From assembly GCA_946615865.1 (NCBI GenBank), contig CAMOIJ010000001.1, positions 35,640 through 99,639 of the forward strand: DNA of 64,000 bases. The letters are read 5' to 3'. The first letter of the stretch is position 1; each line of letters starts with the position of its first letter. This document shows positions 17,927 through 28,044 of the stretch, piece after piece. A model generated the notes under the pieces. That model had not been told where the DNA came from, did not search any database, and saw only the letters and a program-made list of their open reading frames with translations. A program made the position numbers and the translations under genes. The stretch is from an uncultured Lachnospiraceae bacterium (GTDB taxonomy: Bacteria > Bacillota > Clostridia > Lachnospirales > Lachnospiraceae).

Positions 17927-19435
17927 TCAGAACATGGTCGCGTAACTCATGACCTTCTCCTGAGTCATTTCTGCAGGATCGGTGATCTCGCCGCGGATGT
18001 GGCCGTTGCACATGACATAGATCCTGTCGGACATACCGAGCAGTTCTGCCATTTCTGAGGAGATCATGATGATCGCTTTGCCCTGCTTCTGCAGTTCTAC
18101 CATGATCTCATAGATCTCGTGCTTGGCGCCGACGTCGATGCCTCGGGTAGGTTCGTCCATGATCAGGACGTCCGGGTCATTGGCCAGCCATCTTGCGATG
18201 ATGACCTTCTGCTGGTTACCACCGGAAAGGTTTGCGATGTGTTCCTGCGCATTAGGCGTCTTGATGGACAGCTTCTTAATGCTCTCGTCCACGATCTTGT
18301 CGATCGTAGGATGATCCAGAACAAAACCTGCTTTCAGGTGTTTGTCATAAATAGAAATGCCTGTGTTGTCCTTGATGGACAGGCAGCCCAGAATACCATT
18401 ACCACGTCTGTCTTCTGTGATCAGTCCGATGCCGGCGTTCATTGCCTTGCGGGGTGTCTTGGTATCCACCTTTTTGCCGTGGACATAGATCTCGCCGGAC
18501 TGGATTCCGCGCATACCGAAGATCGCTTCCATCAGTTCTGTTCTCTGCGCGCCGACAAGGCCGCCGAATCCGACGATCTCGCCCTTGCGGATCTTGAAAG
18601 AGCAGTCCTGGAAGGATTTCTCATGGATGGAACAGACATTCTTGGTCTCCAGGATCACATCGCCCGGCGTGCAGGGATGCGGAGGATAGACGTTAGTCAG
18701 TTCGCGGCCGACCATCTTGGCAATGATCTGGTCGGTCGTCATTTCTGCTGCAGGCCATGTGCCTACATAAGTACCGTCACGCATGATGGTGATATCATCG
18801 GAGATCCGCTTGATCTCATCCATCTTGTGCGAAATATAGATCATAGCAACGCCCTTATCACGAAGGTCATTCATGATACGGAACAGTACTTCAACTTCTT
18901 TGTCAGAGAGGGAGGACGTAGGCTCGTCGAAGATGATGACCTTCGCCTCGTGGGAAACTGCCTTCGCAATTTCGATGGACTGCATCTGGCCGATAGAAAG
19001 ATCGGAAAGCGGTGCCTTGGGATCAAAATCCATACCTACTTCTTTGAGCCAGTAAGCAGTGTCTTCATACATCTTCTTGTGGTCGATGACCTTAAGAGGA
19101 CCGTAATTGTGGGTAGGGAATCTGCCGAGATACATATTCTCAGCAACACTTCTGGGGAGTACGGGCTGAAGTTCCTGATGCACCATGGCAATACCCATCT
19201 TCATGGCTTCATCGGGATTGTTGATGTTGACCTTCTCGCCGTTTATATAGACTTCTCCGGCATCCATTTTATAAATACCGAACAAGCACTTCATTAACGT
19301 AGATTTACCTGCGCCGTTTTCCCCCATCAGTGCATGGACAGTACCCGGGCGGACCGAAAGGGAAACATTATCCAGAGCCTTAACGCCGGGGAAAGACTTG
19401 GATACACCTTTCAATTCAAGATAATATTCTGCCAT
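17927..19435 (-). CDS. mglA: galactose ABC transporter ATP-binding protein (CUT2, tandem NBD)
   Basis: GENGAGKSTLMKCLFGIY, DEPTSSL, LSGGNQQK, DEPTRGIDVGAK. Confidence 0.9.
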   Translation of the reverse strand: MAEYYLELKGVSKSFPGVKALDNVSLSVRPGTVHALMGENGAGKSTLMKCLFGIYKMDAGEVYINGEKVNINNPDEAMKMGIAMVHQELQPVLPRSVAENMYLGRFPTHNYGPLKVIDHKKMYEDTAYWLKEVGMDFDPKAPLSDLSIGQMQSIEIAKAVSHEAKVIIFDEPTSSLSDKEVEVLFRIMNDLRDKGVAMIYISHKMDEIKRISDDITIMRDGTYVGTWPAAEMTTDQIIAKMVGRELTNVYPPHPCTPGDVILETKNVCSIHEKSFQDCSFKIRKGEIVGFGGLVGAQRTELMEAIFGMRGIQSGEIYVHGKKVDTKTPRKAMNAGIGLITEDRRGNGILGCLSIKDNTGISIYDKHLKAGFVLDHPTIDKIVDESIKKLSIKTPNAQEHIANLSGGNQQKVIIARWLANDPDVLIMDEPTRGIDVGAKHEIYEIMVELQKQGKAIIMISSEMAELLGMSDRIYVMCNGHIRGEITDPAEMTQEKVMSYATMF

Positions 19436-19506
19436 GCTAATCTCCTTTTTTGTATTCCCGTCAATTCACATCGGAATGTACAGGATGCTTGTTTTCGCTA
19501 AAGAGA

Positions 19507-19535
19507 GACAGGTGCGGCGGCACGCCGCACCTGTC
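19507..19535. other. intercistronic stem-loop after binding-protein gene (mRNA stabiliser/partial terminator)
   Basis: GACAGGTGCGGCG-3-CGCCGCACCTGTC perfect 13-bp stem. Confidence 0.65.
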
Positions 19536-19572
19536 AATTCAGACTGTGAACAAACTGTTCAAATTGCTTTAA

Positions 19573-20685
19573 TTACTTCAGAGAATCAAGGATCTCCTGA
19601 GCGTTATCCTTTGTGACCTTCTTGTAGTCGCACTGGATGTTGTGCTCGTTGCCAGCGCCTGTGATGTAGTTGATCGCTGCATCAGCTGCGTTGTGGGACT
19701 GTGCGAAGTGATCGTTGAAGACTGTGCCGGTGATGTCGCCGGAGATTACATACTCAACAACCTCAGTCAGAGCGTCAACGCCTACCAGATAGATGTCTGT
19801 GCCAACCTTGCGGCCTGCGGACTGGATGGACTGCAGAGCGCCAAGTGCCATAGCGTCGTTGTTGCAGAATACAACTTCGATGTCGTTGCCGTACTGGGAC
19901 AGGGAGTTAGCTACGAGCTCAGCGCCCTTAACCTGATCCCACATACCAACCTGCTCATCAAGCTTGTTAACTTCGAAGCCTGCGTCTGTCAGAGCCTTGA
20001 TGGAGAACTCTGTACGATACTGAGCGTCAACGTTCTCGGGATCGCCCTTGATCATGATGTAGTCGATCTTGCCGTTCTTGTTGAAGTCAACAGCGTCAAG
20101 GCCAAGGTCAGCGATGATCTCGCCCTGGTATGTGCCGGACTGACGAGCGTCGCATCCAACGTAGCAGACGTTCCAGTTGTTGTCTGCCCATCTCTGCTGC
20201 TCATCTGCAGCGGGCTCACGGTTGATGTAAACCAGCGGAATGTTTGCTGCAACGACCTTATCGGTAACAGTTGCTGCGGAAGAGGAGTTAACCAGGTTGA
20301 TGATCAGGACATCAACGCCGTCAGCGATGAAGCTGTCGATCTGACCGGACTGTGTAGCCTGGTCATTGGCGCCATCAACGATGGTGATGTTCTCTTTCGC
20401 GAAGCCCTTCTCAATGAGGTACTTCTCGAGCTCTGTTCTGAACAGGGTCATGAAGTTATCAGAGAACTGATAAATGCAAACGCCGACTTTCTTGGTTGCA
20501 AGGTCGCCGTCTGTAGCTGCAGCTGCCTGATCTGCAGCGGGCTCTGCTGCCTCAGCGGGAGCTGCTTCCTCGGTCTTCTGCTCTGCGGGTGCAGAAGAGC
20601 TTGCGCCTGTGCTTCCGCCACAGCCTACCAGAATGGAAGCTGCCAGAACGGATGCTGTCATGATAGCAATAACTTTCTTAAACAT
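19573..20685 (-). CDS. mglB: galactose ABC substrate-binding lipoprotein
   Basis: lipobox LVGC, IYQFSDNFM, INLV, YINREP, YVGCDARQSG, CNNDAMALGA, GTVFND. Confidence 0.87.
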   Translation of the reverse strand: MFKKVIAIMTASVLAASILVGCGGSTGASSSAPAEQKTEEAAPAEAAEPAADQAAAATDGDLATKKVGVCIYQFSDNFMTLFRTELEKYLIEKGFAKENITIVDGANDQATQSGQIDSFIADGVDVLIINLVNSSSAATVTDKVVAANIPLVYINREPAADEQQRWADNNWNVCYVGCDARQSGTYQGEIIADLGLDAVDFNKNGKIDYIMIKGDPENVDAQYRTEFSIKALTDAGFEVNKLDEQVGMWDQVKGAELVANSLSQYGNDIEVVFCNNDAMALGALQSIQSAGRKVGTDIYLVGVDALTEVVEYVISGDITGTVFNDHFAQSHNAADAAINYITGAGNEHNIQCDYKKVTKDNAQEILDSLK

Positions 20686-20749
20686 ATTCATCCTCCTTGA
20701 ATAATGTTAAAGGTTTTCGCGCGGGCCTGCCGCGCTTGTTACAATTAGC

Positions 20750-20811
20750 ATTATATGTGGTTTTATTGTTTCAAAACATTGAAATTCCTTTTATCTTATT
20801 TGAAAATTCTT
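20750..20811 (-). promoter_or_regulatory. mgl promoter (-10 TATAAT, weak -35) with upstream 21-bp-period direct repeat
   Basis: ATTATA at 20750-20755; TTGAAATTCCTT (20779) and TTGAAAATTCTT (20800). Confidence 0.5.
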
Positions 20812-20890
20812 CTCCTTTTTCCATATACTGTACACATTTTCCTATATAGAATGCTTGACGCAACTTATCGAAGCGCAGTATTTTAGCGAC

Positions 20891-20923
20891 AAAAAAGAGC
20901 CGCCGCAAAACGGCAGCTCTTTT
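20891..20923 (-). terminator. intrinsic terminator after sufB-like gene
   Basis: AAAAGAGCCGCCG-CAAAA-CGGCAGCTCTTTT. Confidence 0.75.
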
Positions 20924-20931
20924 GCTGTTCT

Positions 20932-21864
20932 TTATTTGAGGAATCCGTTGACAATCTGCTCCTCCGCCTCCTTCTCGGTAAGGCCCAGGGTCATGAGCTT
21001 GATCAGCTGGTCGCCGGCGATCTTGCCGATGGCCGCCTCGTGGATCAGCGCGGAGTCCGTGCAGTTGGCCTCGAGCTGCGGAACAGCGAGGATGCGGCCC
21101 TCGTCCATGATGATGGAGTCGCACTCGGTGTGTCCGCTGCAGGCGGCGTTGCCGTTGATTCGAAGATCAAGTTTCTGGTAAGACTTGTCGCGCGCGACGG
21201 AGCGGGAGACGATATCCGCGCTGGAACCGTCGCCGTCCAGGTCCACCGTATAGGCGCTGGCGGCGTACTGCTCGCCGTGAGTCATCAGACGCTCCTTGAC
21301 AACAAGGCTCGCGTTCGCTGCAACCTTGGCAACGGTGCTTCTGTCGGTGGAGTCGACGCCCTTGATCTGGACCATTTCCATTTCGACAGTGCTGCCTTCC
21401 TCCATGTAGACTTCGGTTACCGGATTGAGGATCCTCTTGCCGGTGCCGTCGCCTTCGCCGTAATGCTTCTCCACGTAGCGGACCTTGGAATTTCTGCCGA
21501 CGTAGAAACGGTGAATGCCGTCATGCTCGGAATCCATTCCGCCGCAGTTGCTGATGCCGCATCCGGCAACGATGATGACGTCGCAGTTCTCTCCGACATA
21601 GAAATCGTTGTAGACCACGTCGTGGAGGCCGCTCTTGCTCATGATGACGGGGATATGAACGCTTTCGTTCTTCGTTCCGTCCTTAATGTGGATATCGATG
21701 CCCGAGCCGTCTTCCTTGGAGACGATCTCGATGTTGGCGGAACTCGCGCGGCCGGCAAGCTGTCCGTCGCTTCTGATGTTGAAAGCTCCCTCCGGAACCG
21801 AGTGGAGGTCAGCTACTTCCATAAGGATTCTCTTCTGGATCTCATCCATTTTCTTGAATTCCAT
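20932..21864 (-). CDS. short SufB/SufD family Fe-S assembly scaffold (SmsB-like)
   Basis: beta-helix region, YVEKHYG, SRSVARD, GHTECDSII, A.PQL, LIHEAAIGKI..DQLIKLMTLGL. Confidence 0.88.
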   Translation of the reverse strand: MEFKKMDEIQKRILMEVADLHSVPEGAFNIRSDGQLAGRASSANIEIVSKEDGSGIDIHIKDGTKNESVHIPVIMSKSGLHDVVYNDFYVGENCDVIIVAGCGISNCGGMDSEHDGIHRFYVGRNSKVRYVEKHYGEGDGTGKRILNPVTEVYMEEGSTVEMEMVQIKGVDSTDRSTVAKVAANASLVVKERLMTHGEQYAASAYTVDLDGDGSSADIVSRSVARDKSYQKLDLRINGNAACSGHTECDSIIMDEGRILAVPQLEANCTDSALIHEAAIGKIAGDQLIKLMTLGLTEKEAEEQIVNGFLK

Positions 21865-22655
21865 CAGGCTTCTCCTCCTTTCTTCGCAGTTTCTTCAGCG
21901 GGAATGGACGGTACAGGCATCGGCTTGCCTCCCAAAGGGGCGCAGGTGCCCACTGCCGACGTTGTGCCGATCAGGGAAGGCAGGATCTCATCGCGGGGAC
22001 CCATTCGGTCGATCTTTCCGTCAGCGACGACGATGATCTCGTCCGCGATCTCCAGGATCCTCTCCTGATGGGAGATGATCAGGATCGAACTGTCCTTAAT
22101 GGAATCTCTCATCTGCTCAAAGACCTGGATCAGGTTCTGGAAGCTCCAGAGGTCGATGCCTGCCTCGGGCTCGTCAAAAACAGAGAGCTTGGTTCCGCGG
22201 GCCAGGACAGTAGCGATCTCGATCCTCTTGAGCTCGCCGCCGGAGAGGCTGGCGTTTACTTCGCGCTTGATGTAGTCCTTGGCGCACAGGCCGACTCTGG
22301 ACAGGTACTGGCACGCGTCTGCCACCGACACTCTTTTGCCGACCGCGAGGCGGAGCAGGTCAAGGACCTGGATGCCCTTGAAACGGACGGGCTGCTGCAT
22401 CGCATAGGAAATACCCATGCGGGCGCGGTCCGTGATAGATTTCTCTGTGATGTCCTCGCCGTCGAGCAGGATGGTGCCGCCGGAGGGCTTCTCAATACCG
22501 GCGATCAGCCTTGCCAGGGTGGATTTACCGCCGCCGTTGGGACCGGTGATGACGACAAACTTGTTGTCCGGAATAGTGAAACTGACGTCGCGGATGATCT
22601 CGATCTCATTCGTGCCCTCCTGAACGTCAAAGCGGATATTCTTCAGTTCCAGCAT
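21864..22655 (-). CDS. SufC-like ABC ATPase (SmsC-like)
   Basis: GPNGGGKST, REVNASLSGGELKRIEI, DEPEAGID; coupled to sufB-like gene. Confidence 0.88.
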   Translation of the reverse strand: MLELKNIRFDVQEGTNEIEIIRDVSFTIPDNKFVVITGPNGGGKSTLARLIAGIEKPSGGTILLDGEDITEKSITDRARMGISYAMQQPVRFKGIQVLDLLRLAVGKRVSVADACQYLSRVGLCAKDYIKREVNASLSGGELKRIEIATVLARGTKLSVFDEPEAGIDLWSFQNLIQVFEQMRDSIKDSSILIISHQERILEIADEIIVVADGKIDRMGPRDEILPSLIGTTSAVGTCAPLGGKPMPVPSIPAEETAKKGGEA

Positions 22656-22839
22656 TATGTTCTCCTTCGCTGCATGTAGATATTGCAAATTCTGATCCGC
22701 GTCTTACGGATACAGGTCAAAACATAGTTTCCCGCCATGCTCTGTGTATCTGTCAGACGCCGTATATTCAAGTATATTCAACTATTCTCTGTTTTGCAAA
22801 CCCTGACTGTAACTATTGTCAATAATTTGCCCATTCGGA

Positions 22840-25800
22840 TCAGTCCCCAATCGGCACCCAGGGCACTTCTTTGGCGTCCAGTTTCTTCTGCGGCTCCGAG
22901 CCCTCATGACAGTGGATCGTGTATTTATACCTGCCCGTCTTGTTGTCTTTCACCCCGATGTTGCCCAGATCCAGGATCGAATCCGGCAGATAGATGTCCG
23001 TGATCAGGTCACACTCGTTCAGCGCGCTGAAGCGGATATACATCGTTCCCTCCGGAATTCGCAGTTCTCCTTTCTTCAGTGTCGGCACTGAGACCAGGGT
23101 CTTGCCGTCCCTGCTCATCAGGATTCCGTCTTCTTCCTTGTAATAGGGATTGGAGGGGTCGACCTCGTAGCGCTCGAACAGCACTCTTCCGAGCAGCGGC
23201 GAAATGAGCTGAAGCTTGGCCGGGATCTTTATCACTTCCTGGTAAAAAGTCTTTCCGTAGTCCGCGGCAAAGCCCGTGTATCCTGTTTTCCTGAGGTTCT
23301 CGGGTATGATGAGTTCTCCGTACCTGTCATGGAGTGTAATGGCGCTGTTTCCGATCCATTCCACGGAAGAAGGAATTGTCATATTCTCCGCGTACACATA
23401 GCAGAACGCCAGGTCCCGGATCTCTGTGAGCCCCTCGTTGAGTTCCACTTCTTTCAGTTTACTGCACAGCATGAAACAGGACTTTCCGATCACGCGCAGG
23501 GAGGAAGGCATGACAACCTTCTGCAGGTTCCGGTTCATTGAAAAAGCCTTCTCTTCGAGTTCCTCGACGCCGTCCGGTATCCTGTACTCGCTGTCCTTCT
23601 TCATGAAAGGATAGTAGATCAGCGTCTTCATGTCCTTTGTAAACAAAACGCCTTCGACGCCAGCAAACGCAGTATTCTCAGGGGCCGCCTCTATTTTGGC
23701 GAGATTCCAGTATGGCACGAAGAACTCCCTGTCCACCTCAGTCACTGAAGCCGGCAGGATGATGCTGCTGATGCTTCCGCTGTATTTTGACTTCGCTTCC
23801 TCATCGTACCGGAGCGCCGTCACAGGAAGATCGCCGAACTGCTCCGGAACCTCCAGAGTGTCCGCCTTGCTCGAAACCACCTGGGTAAATCCGCTGAGTT
23901 CCGCCCGGTCCCGGAACACTCTCCAGTAATAAGTACGGTCTCCTTCTTCCTGCGTCACTTCCTCATACTTCATCCTCTCCGGATCCGTATTGCTGTCATG
24001 GCGGATGCCGAACCTCACAGCATACTGCCACGCCGCGGAACCCTCGCTGCAGTGGATCCTGCAGCGATAATAGTTCTCCAGATTCGTCGTCTCCTTCGAG
24101 GTCTCCCGCCCGTAAGGGAAAACATCCCTGGAATAGCGGAACACGCTGTCCGGAATGAAAAACTCGGTGTCCGGATCAAGAAGTGTAAAGAGCGAACTCT
24201 GCAAAGTAGTGACCCCGTCAGGGATCACGACCAGATCCCCGGTCCCCATGGGAACCGTGTTGATCGTATCGCCGGCAATATTCGTTATAAACCCGCCGTG
24301 CGACGCATAAACGGTATTCGCCTCATCGACCTCAAAGGCTCCTGCCATCAGCGCCGTAAACGCGTCGATCCCGATAAAGCCGACGTTCGCGCCGATCCGG
24401 ATCCGCTCGATACGCGGCTGCTCCTCCGGCGCCTCGTCCAGCCAGTATCTGCTGCTGCCAAAAGCCAGATTTCCGATATATTCGAGAGAATCCGGAAGCT
24501 GCAGCTCCTCAAGCGCGCGGCACTCATAGAACGCCTCGTTATCAATACGCCTAAGCGTCTCCGGGAATGTCACCTGCGGAATGTCCGCCCTCGCGCAGGC
24601 GCCGTAGCGGATCACCTCGGTCCCCTCCTCTACTTTATAGGGGCCGCTCTTCCCGTTCGGATACTGGATCAGTTCCTTCCCGTCCTTTGAATAGAGCACT
24701 CCGTCCGCCGATTTATATCCCGGATTGCCATCGCTGACCGCGATCTGCGTCAGTCCCCCGCAGAGCGCGAAGGGAATCTCTCCGATCTCTTCGATCGACG
24801 CGGGCAGTTCCACCCGCTTCAGGCCGGATTCCATGAAAGCCGCACGTCCGATTTTCCGCAGCGCCCCGGGAAGCTCGATCTCCTCGATCCCCGACTCTCT
24901 GAAAGCGGATATTCCGATCGTCTGAAGCCCCGCCGGCAAGCGGATTTCCCGCAGTGCTTTGGTCCCGTAGAATGCCAGCCTTCCGATCTCCGTGACACTG
25001 TCGGGAAGTGTGATCTTCTCTGTCTTATCCGCTCCGGAAAAAGCGCTCACAGCGATCACTGTTACAGGTTTCCCGGCGACTGCGTTCGGAATCGCGATCT
25101 CTGCGTCCGTTCCGTCGTAGCCGCTCACTTCGGCGTGATCTTCCTCTATTGCAAAATACAGCTGCCCCTTGTCTGTCTTAACAGTCTCTGTCTTTGTCTT
25201 CTTCTCAGGATCCAGTTCCACATATTCGGATCCATGGAGTTTGCCGTTTACGTCCTTAACAGTCACCTGGCAGATAAACTTGCGGTTGAACTCCGACGCC
25301 GGTTTCAGATAGAACCTGAAGGAATTGTCCATCGCCATGCCGCTGTAAATATAGCCCTTGTACTCCCATTCCGTATAGGGCTTCATCTGTCCGTTTTCAT
25401 CCCTGACCGGAGAAATCGTATCCCCTCCGACGTCAAAGATCGACCTGTAGCCCGAGACGTCAATAGAGCTCTTTCCGCTGAGCCAGGCGCTTCCTCCCGC
25501 AGAGTTGATATCCAGGATCGAGGTGTCTGTGTTTCCTTTTCTGTGACGGATTGAGACGGAAACCTCCTCTTCTCCCGCCACATCATACAGCGCGATCTCA
25601 TGCCCCGAAGACAGGACGGCTTTCACTGTTTTGTACACGCTCTCGCTGCGCTTGTCCGACACCTGTGTAAAAGCCCAGGGCTTCGCGGAATCCTCCAGAT
25701 CAGTCCTGGCTGTCACCAGTAGCGGATCCTGCGGGATATGCAAAGTATTGTCTTTATCCGGGCTGATCCTCACATTGCAGGTGGCGGTCTGATAACCGCC

Positions 25801-27660
25801 GTAGCCGTTTCTGAACAGGATCGAATAGAAGATCTCCGAGGCGTTGTTCGCCTGCTCCGGCGTGAGCTGAAGAGTAAGCTCTCCATTCTTTTTCTGAAGG
25901 GCGGGCAGCTTCCAGTCCAATGTGCTCTCTTCGAGCCAATTTCCGGTATAAGAATCAACAAAATCTTTATAGGACTCTGAAAGGATGTCCTGGTCTGTGT
26001 ACAGTTCCTGCGCTGTTCTGAACAGTTCGCGGTTGTCGCCGGGCAAATAGAAAGAGACTCCGCCGGCTCCTTCCACATTGCCTGCGGAGCGCACGACCAG
26101 ATGGTCGACCGCTTCCACAATGGGCTCCGCTTCCGGCACGGGCTCCTCGCCCGCTCTCATCGCAAACTCTTCTTCCACATTCTGCGCAAAGTCCTTGAGA
26201 TCGAGCAGGTCATAAGCCTTCTCCCGGGAACCGGCTACGCTCAGCCCGAATGCTTTCGTGCTGCTCCGCGCCTGATTGATCAAAGCGTAGTCCCCGTTTT
26301 CGATGCTCTCTTTTAATGCGTCAAAAAATCGGTCCGCTGCTGCTATGGCATCGTCCATCTTCTCAAGATCGAGGGCGGCCAGAGTCACATCCGGATTAAA
26401 GAACAGCGTTCTGTTCTTCTCATAATACTGCCCATAAGCGTCTACGATCCTGCTTGTGATCTCCCGAGCATCGGTTGTCTTATTGAGAATTTCAAGGCAG
26501 GTGTAATCCCATCCCCTGCCGGGTTCAAGTTCTTCGGAAGCTACAAGGTACTGTGCGTAATTCTTCCACAGCTTCGCGTTCTCCAGGTTGCCCATAAGAC
26601 AGGCGTCAAAACCCACCCAGTCCAGCTTGCGTCCCGGTCCGAACACCGATGCGTCCATAGCCCTGCGAAGCTCCTCGAGAAGGAGGCTGTCATTTCCGAA
26701 CAGTTCATCGCTCCCATACCCCCACAGAGGCCCTGCGCCGTGATCCCAAAAGATCAGCCCGTAATGCTTTGCCGGGTAAAGCGCAGTGCAGTAGTTAATG
26801 AATTCAGTCAGCGTCTGCGGCATTCCCATGTCCGCGCTTTCCTTCGTCTGCGCGATGATCTGAGATCCTCCGGCCGTCGACAGATCCAGCACGCTGTTAT
26901 ATTTGTTGGGGATATCGCTCACCCAGCGGCGGCTGCCGCCCGTGTAGACAAGGAGATTGATCTTCCCGAAGTCGATCCCTGCCTGCTTCATCTCCCCGAT
27001 ATCAGTAGTCGCGGCTCCAAGGCGGCTCTCCAGATTAGACCCCACGATATATACCATGACAGTGTAATCTTTGACCGCTTTTGCCGCAGTTTTACCGCCG
27101 GTTTTCGAACCCCCGCTTCCGTTTGTCACTGCATGCAGCTGAGAAGTCTTCTCATCGATGTCGGAAGCCTTGAGGCCGGCGGCGCCCCTGTAATCGTCGT
27201 TATCTTCCTCCAGGATGACTAGGCCGGGTTTGGATTCCTGCTGCGAGGCGGATTCCGAGGACTCAGGAGTCTCCAGGGAATCCGAGGGTGTGTCTTCCTC
27301 GGAGGCGGATTGCTCCTCGACAGGCTGTTCCTCGATAAGCTGCTCCTCAGCAGGCTGCTCTTCGGCGGATTCCTGTGTCTCTTCCGCGGGTTCCTCCTTC
27401 GGCTTTTCCGCGGGCACAAAGCCTTCTTCGCGATCAGTTCGATCCTCGGAGGTCCACTCCGCTTCAGTCAGGTCCTCTGCCGCTTCACCGCTTTGACTGC
27501 CGGTTTCTTCGCTTGTGATGTCGGCTTGTTCGCTTGAACTGCCGGTTTCTCCGTTTACGATTCCGGTTTCTCCACTTGCGCTGCCGCTTGCGCCGGCAGG
27601 CGCAGCACATGCCGATATTGACAATGCTATTACGAGCAGAATTGCTGTGAGCCTTTTCAC
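22840..27660 (-). CDS. large surface protein: clostripain (peptidase C11) domain + BspA-type leucine-rich repeats
   Basis: YTVMVYIVGSNLE, LIFWDHGAG (His), GFDACLMG (Cys), LVASEELEPG; repeated LP.SV..IG..AF and DGVLYSKDGKELIQYP; signal with ISAC lipobox. Confidence 0.85.
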   Translation of the reverse strand: MKRLTAILLVIALSISACAAPAGASGSASGETGIVNGETGSSSEQADITSEETGSQSGEAAEDLTEAEWTSEDRTDREEGFVPAEKPKEEPAEETQESAEEQPAEEQLIEEQPVEEQSASEEDTPSDSLETPESSESASQQESKPGLVILEEDNDDYRGAAGLKASDIDEKTSQLHAVTNGSGGSKTGGKTAAKAVKDYTVMVYIVGSNLESRLGAATTDIGEMKQAGIDFGKINLLVYTGGSRRWVSDIPNKYNSVLDLSTAGGSQIIAQTKESADMGMPQTLTEFINYCTALYPAKHYGLIFWDHGAGPLWGYGSDELFGNDSLLLEELRRAMDASVFGPGRKLDWVGFDACLMGNLENAKLWKNYAQYLVASEELEPGRGWDYTCLEILNKTTDAREITSRIVDAYGQYYEKNRTLFFNPDVTLAALDLEKMDDAIAAADRFFDALKESIENGDYALINQARSSTKAFGLSVAGSREKAYDLLDLKDFAQNVEEEFAMRAGEEPVPEAEPIVEAVDHLVVRSAGNVEGAGGVSFYLPGDNRELFRTAQELYTDQDILSESYKDFVDSYTGNWLEESTLDWKLPALQKKNGELTLQLTPEQANNASEIFYSILFRNGYGGYQTATCNVRISPDKDNTLHIPQDPLLVTARTDLEDSAKPWAFTQVSDKRSESVYKTVKAVLSSGHEIALYDVAGEEEVSVSIRHRKGNTDTSILDINSAGGSAWLSGKSSIDVSGYRSIFDVGGDTISPVRDENGQMKPYTEWEYKGYIYSGMAMDNSFRFYLKPASEFNRKFICQVTVKDVNGKLHGSEYVELDPEKKTKTETVKTDKGQLYFAIEEDHAEVSGYDGTDAEIAIPNAVAGKPVTVIAVSAFSGADKTEKITLPDSVTEIGRLAFYGTKALREIRLPAGLQTIGISAFRESGIEEIELPGALRKIGRAAFMESGLKRVELPASIEEIGEIPFALCGGLTQIAVSDGNPGYKSADGVLYSKDGKELIQYPNGKSGPYKVEEGTEVIRYGACARADIPQVTFPETLRRIDNEAFYECRALEELQLPDSLEYIGNLAFGSSRYWLDEAPEEQPRIERIRIGANVGFIGIDAFTALMAGAFEVDEANTVYASHGGFITNIAGDTINTVPMGTGDLVVIPDGVTTLQSSLFTLLDPDTEFFIPDSVFRYSRDVFPYGRETSKETTNLENYYRCRIHCSEGSAAWQYAVRFGIRHDSNTDPERMKYEEVTQEEGDRTYYWRVFRDRAELSGFTQVVSSKADTLEVPEQFGDLPVTALRYDEEAKSKYSGSISSIILPASVTEVDREFFVPYWNLAKIEAAPENTAFAGVEGVLFTKDMKTLIYYPFMKKDSEYRIPDGVEELEEKAFSMNRNLQKVVMPSSLRVIGKSCFMLCSKLKEVELNEGLTEIRDLAFCYVYAENMTIPSSVEWIGNSAITLHDRYGELIIPENLRKTGYTGFAADYGKTFYQEVIKIPAKLQLISPLLGRVLFERYEVDPSNPYYKEEDGILMSRDGKTLVSVPTLKKGELRIPEGTMYIRFSALNECDLITDIYLPDSILDLGNIGVKDNKTGRYKYTIHCHEGSEPQKKLDAKEVPWVPIGD

Positions 27661-27763
27661 GCTTCCCCTCCCACTGCGGTCAGTTCATTGGTTCGTTGTA
27701 TATATATGTATTTTATCATGTTTTAATTCGAGATTCTTCTGACGATGCAGCAGCATGAAACGA

Positions 27764-27999
27764 GTTGGGCACAAAAGAAGGAATTCTGGTTGTATACACA
27801 AAAAATTTGGACACAACATTTCCGGGAATAAAGAAAAATGGGTACAGATAGTAATAACTTGCTATCTATACCCAACGGCAGACGATACATTGTCTATTTA
27901 TGTTTGCAATTATGTTGCGATCGATATTTTGACTTCAGATGCACTATATTCGGAAGATTTGTTGTGTATGATCCAAAAAAAGGGTGTTTTGTGCCCAAC
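27764..27999. repeat. AT-rich element bounded by inverted repeats (MITE-like)
   Basis: GTTGGGCACAAAA (27764-27776) / TTTTGTGCCCAAC (27987-27999), with further imperfect inner IR (ATACACAA/TTGTGTAT). Confidence 0.55.
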
Positions 28000-28044
28000 C
28001 CCTCTTTTTTCAACAAGAATCCCCTCCAAGCTGGCAGCCCTCTG

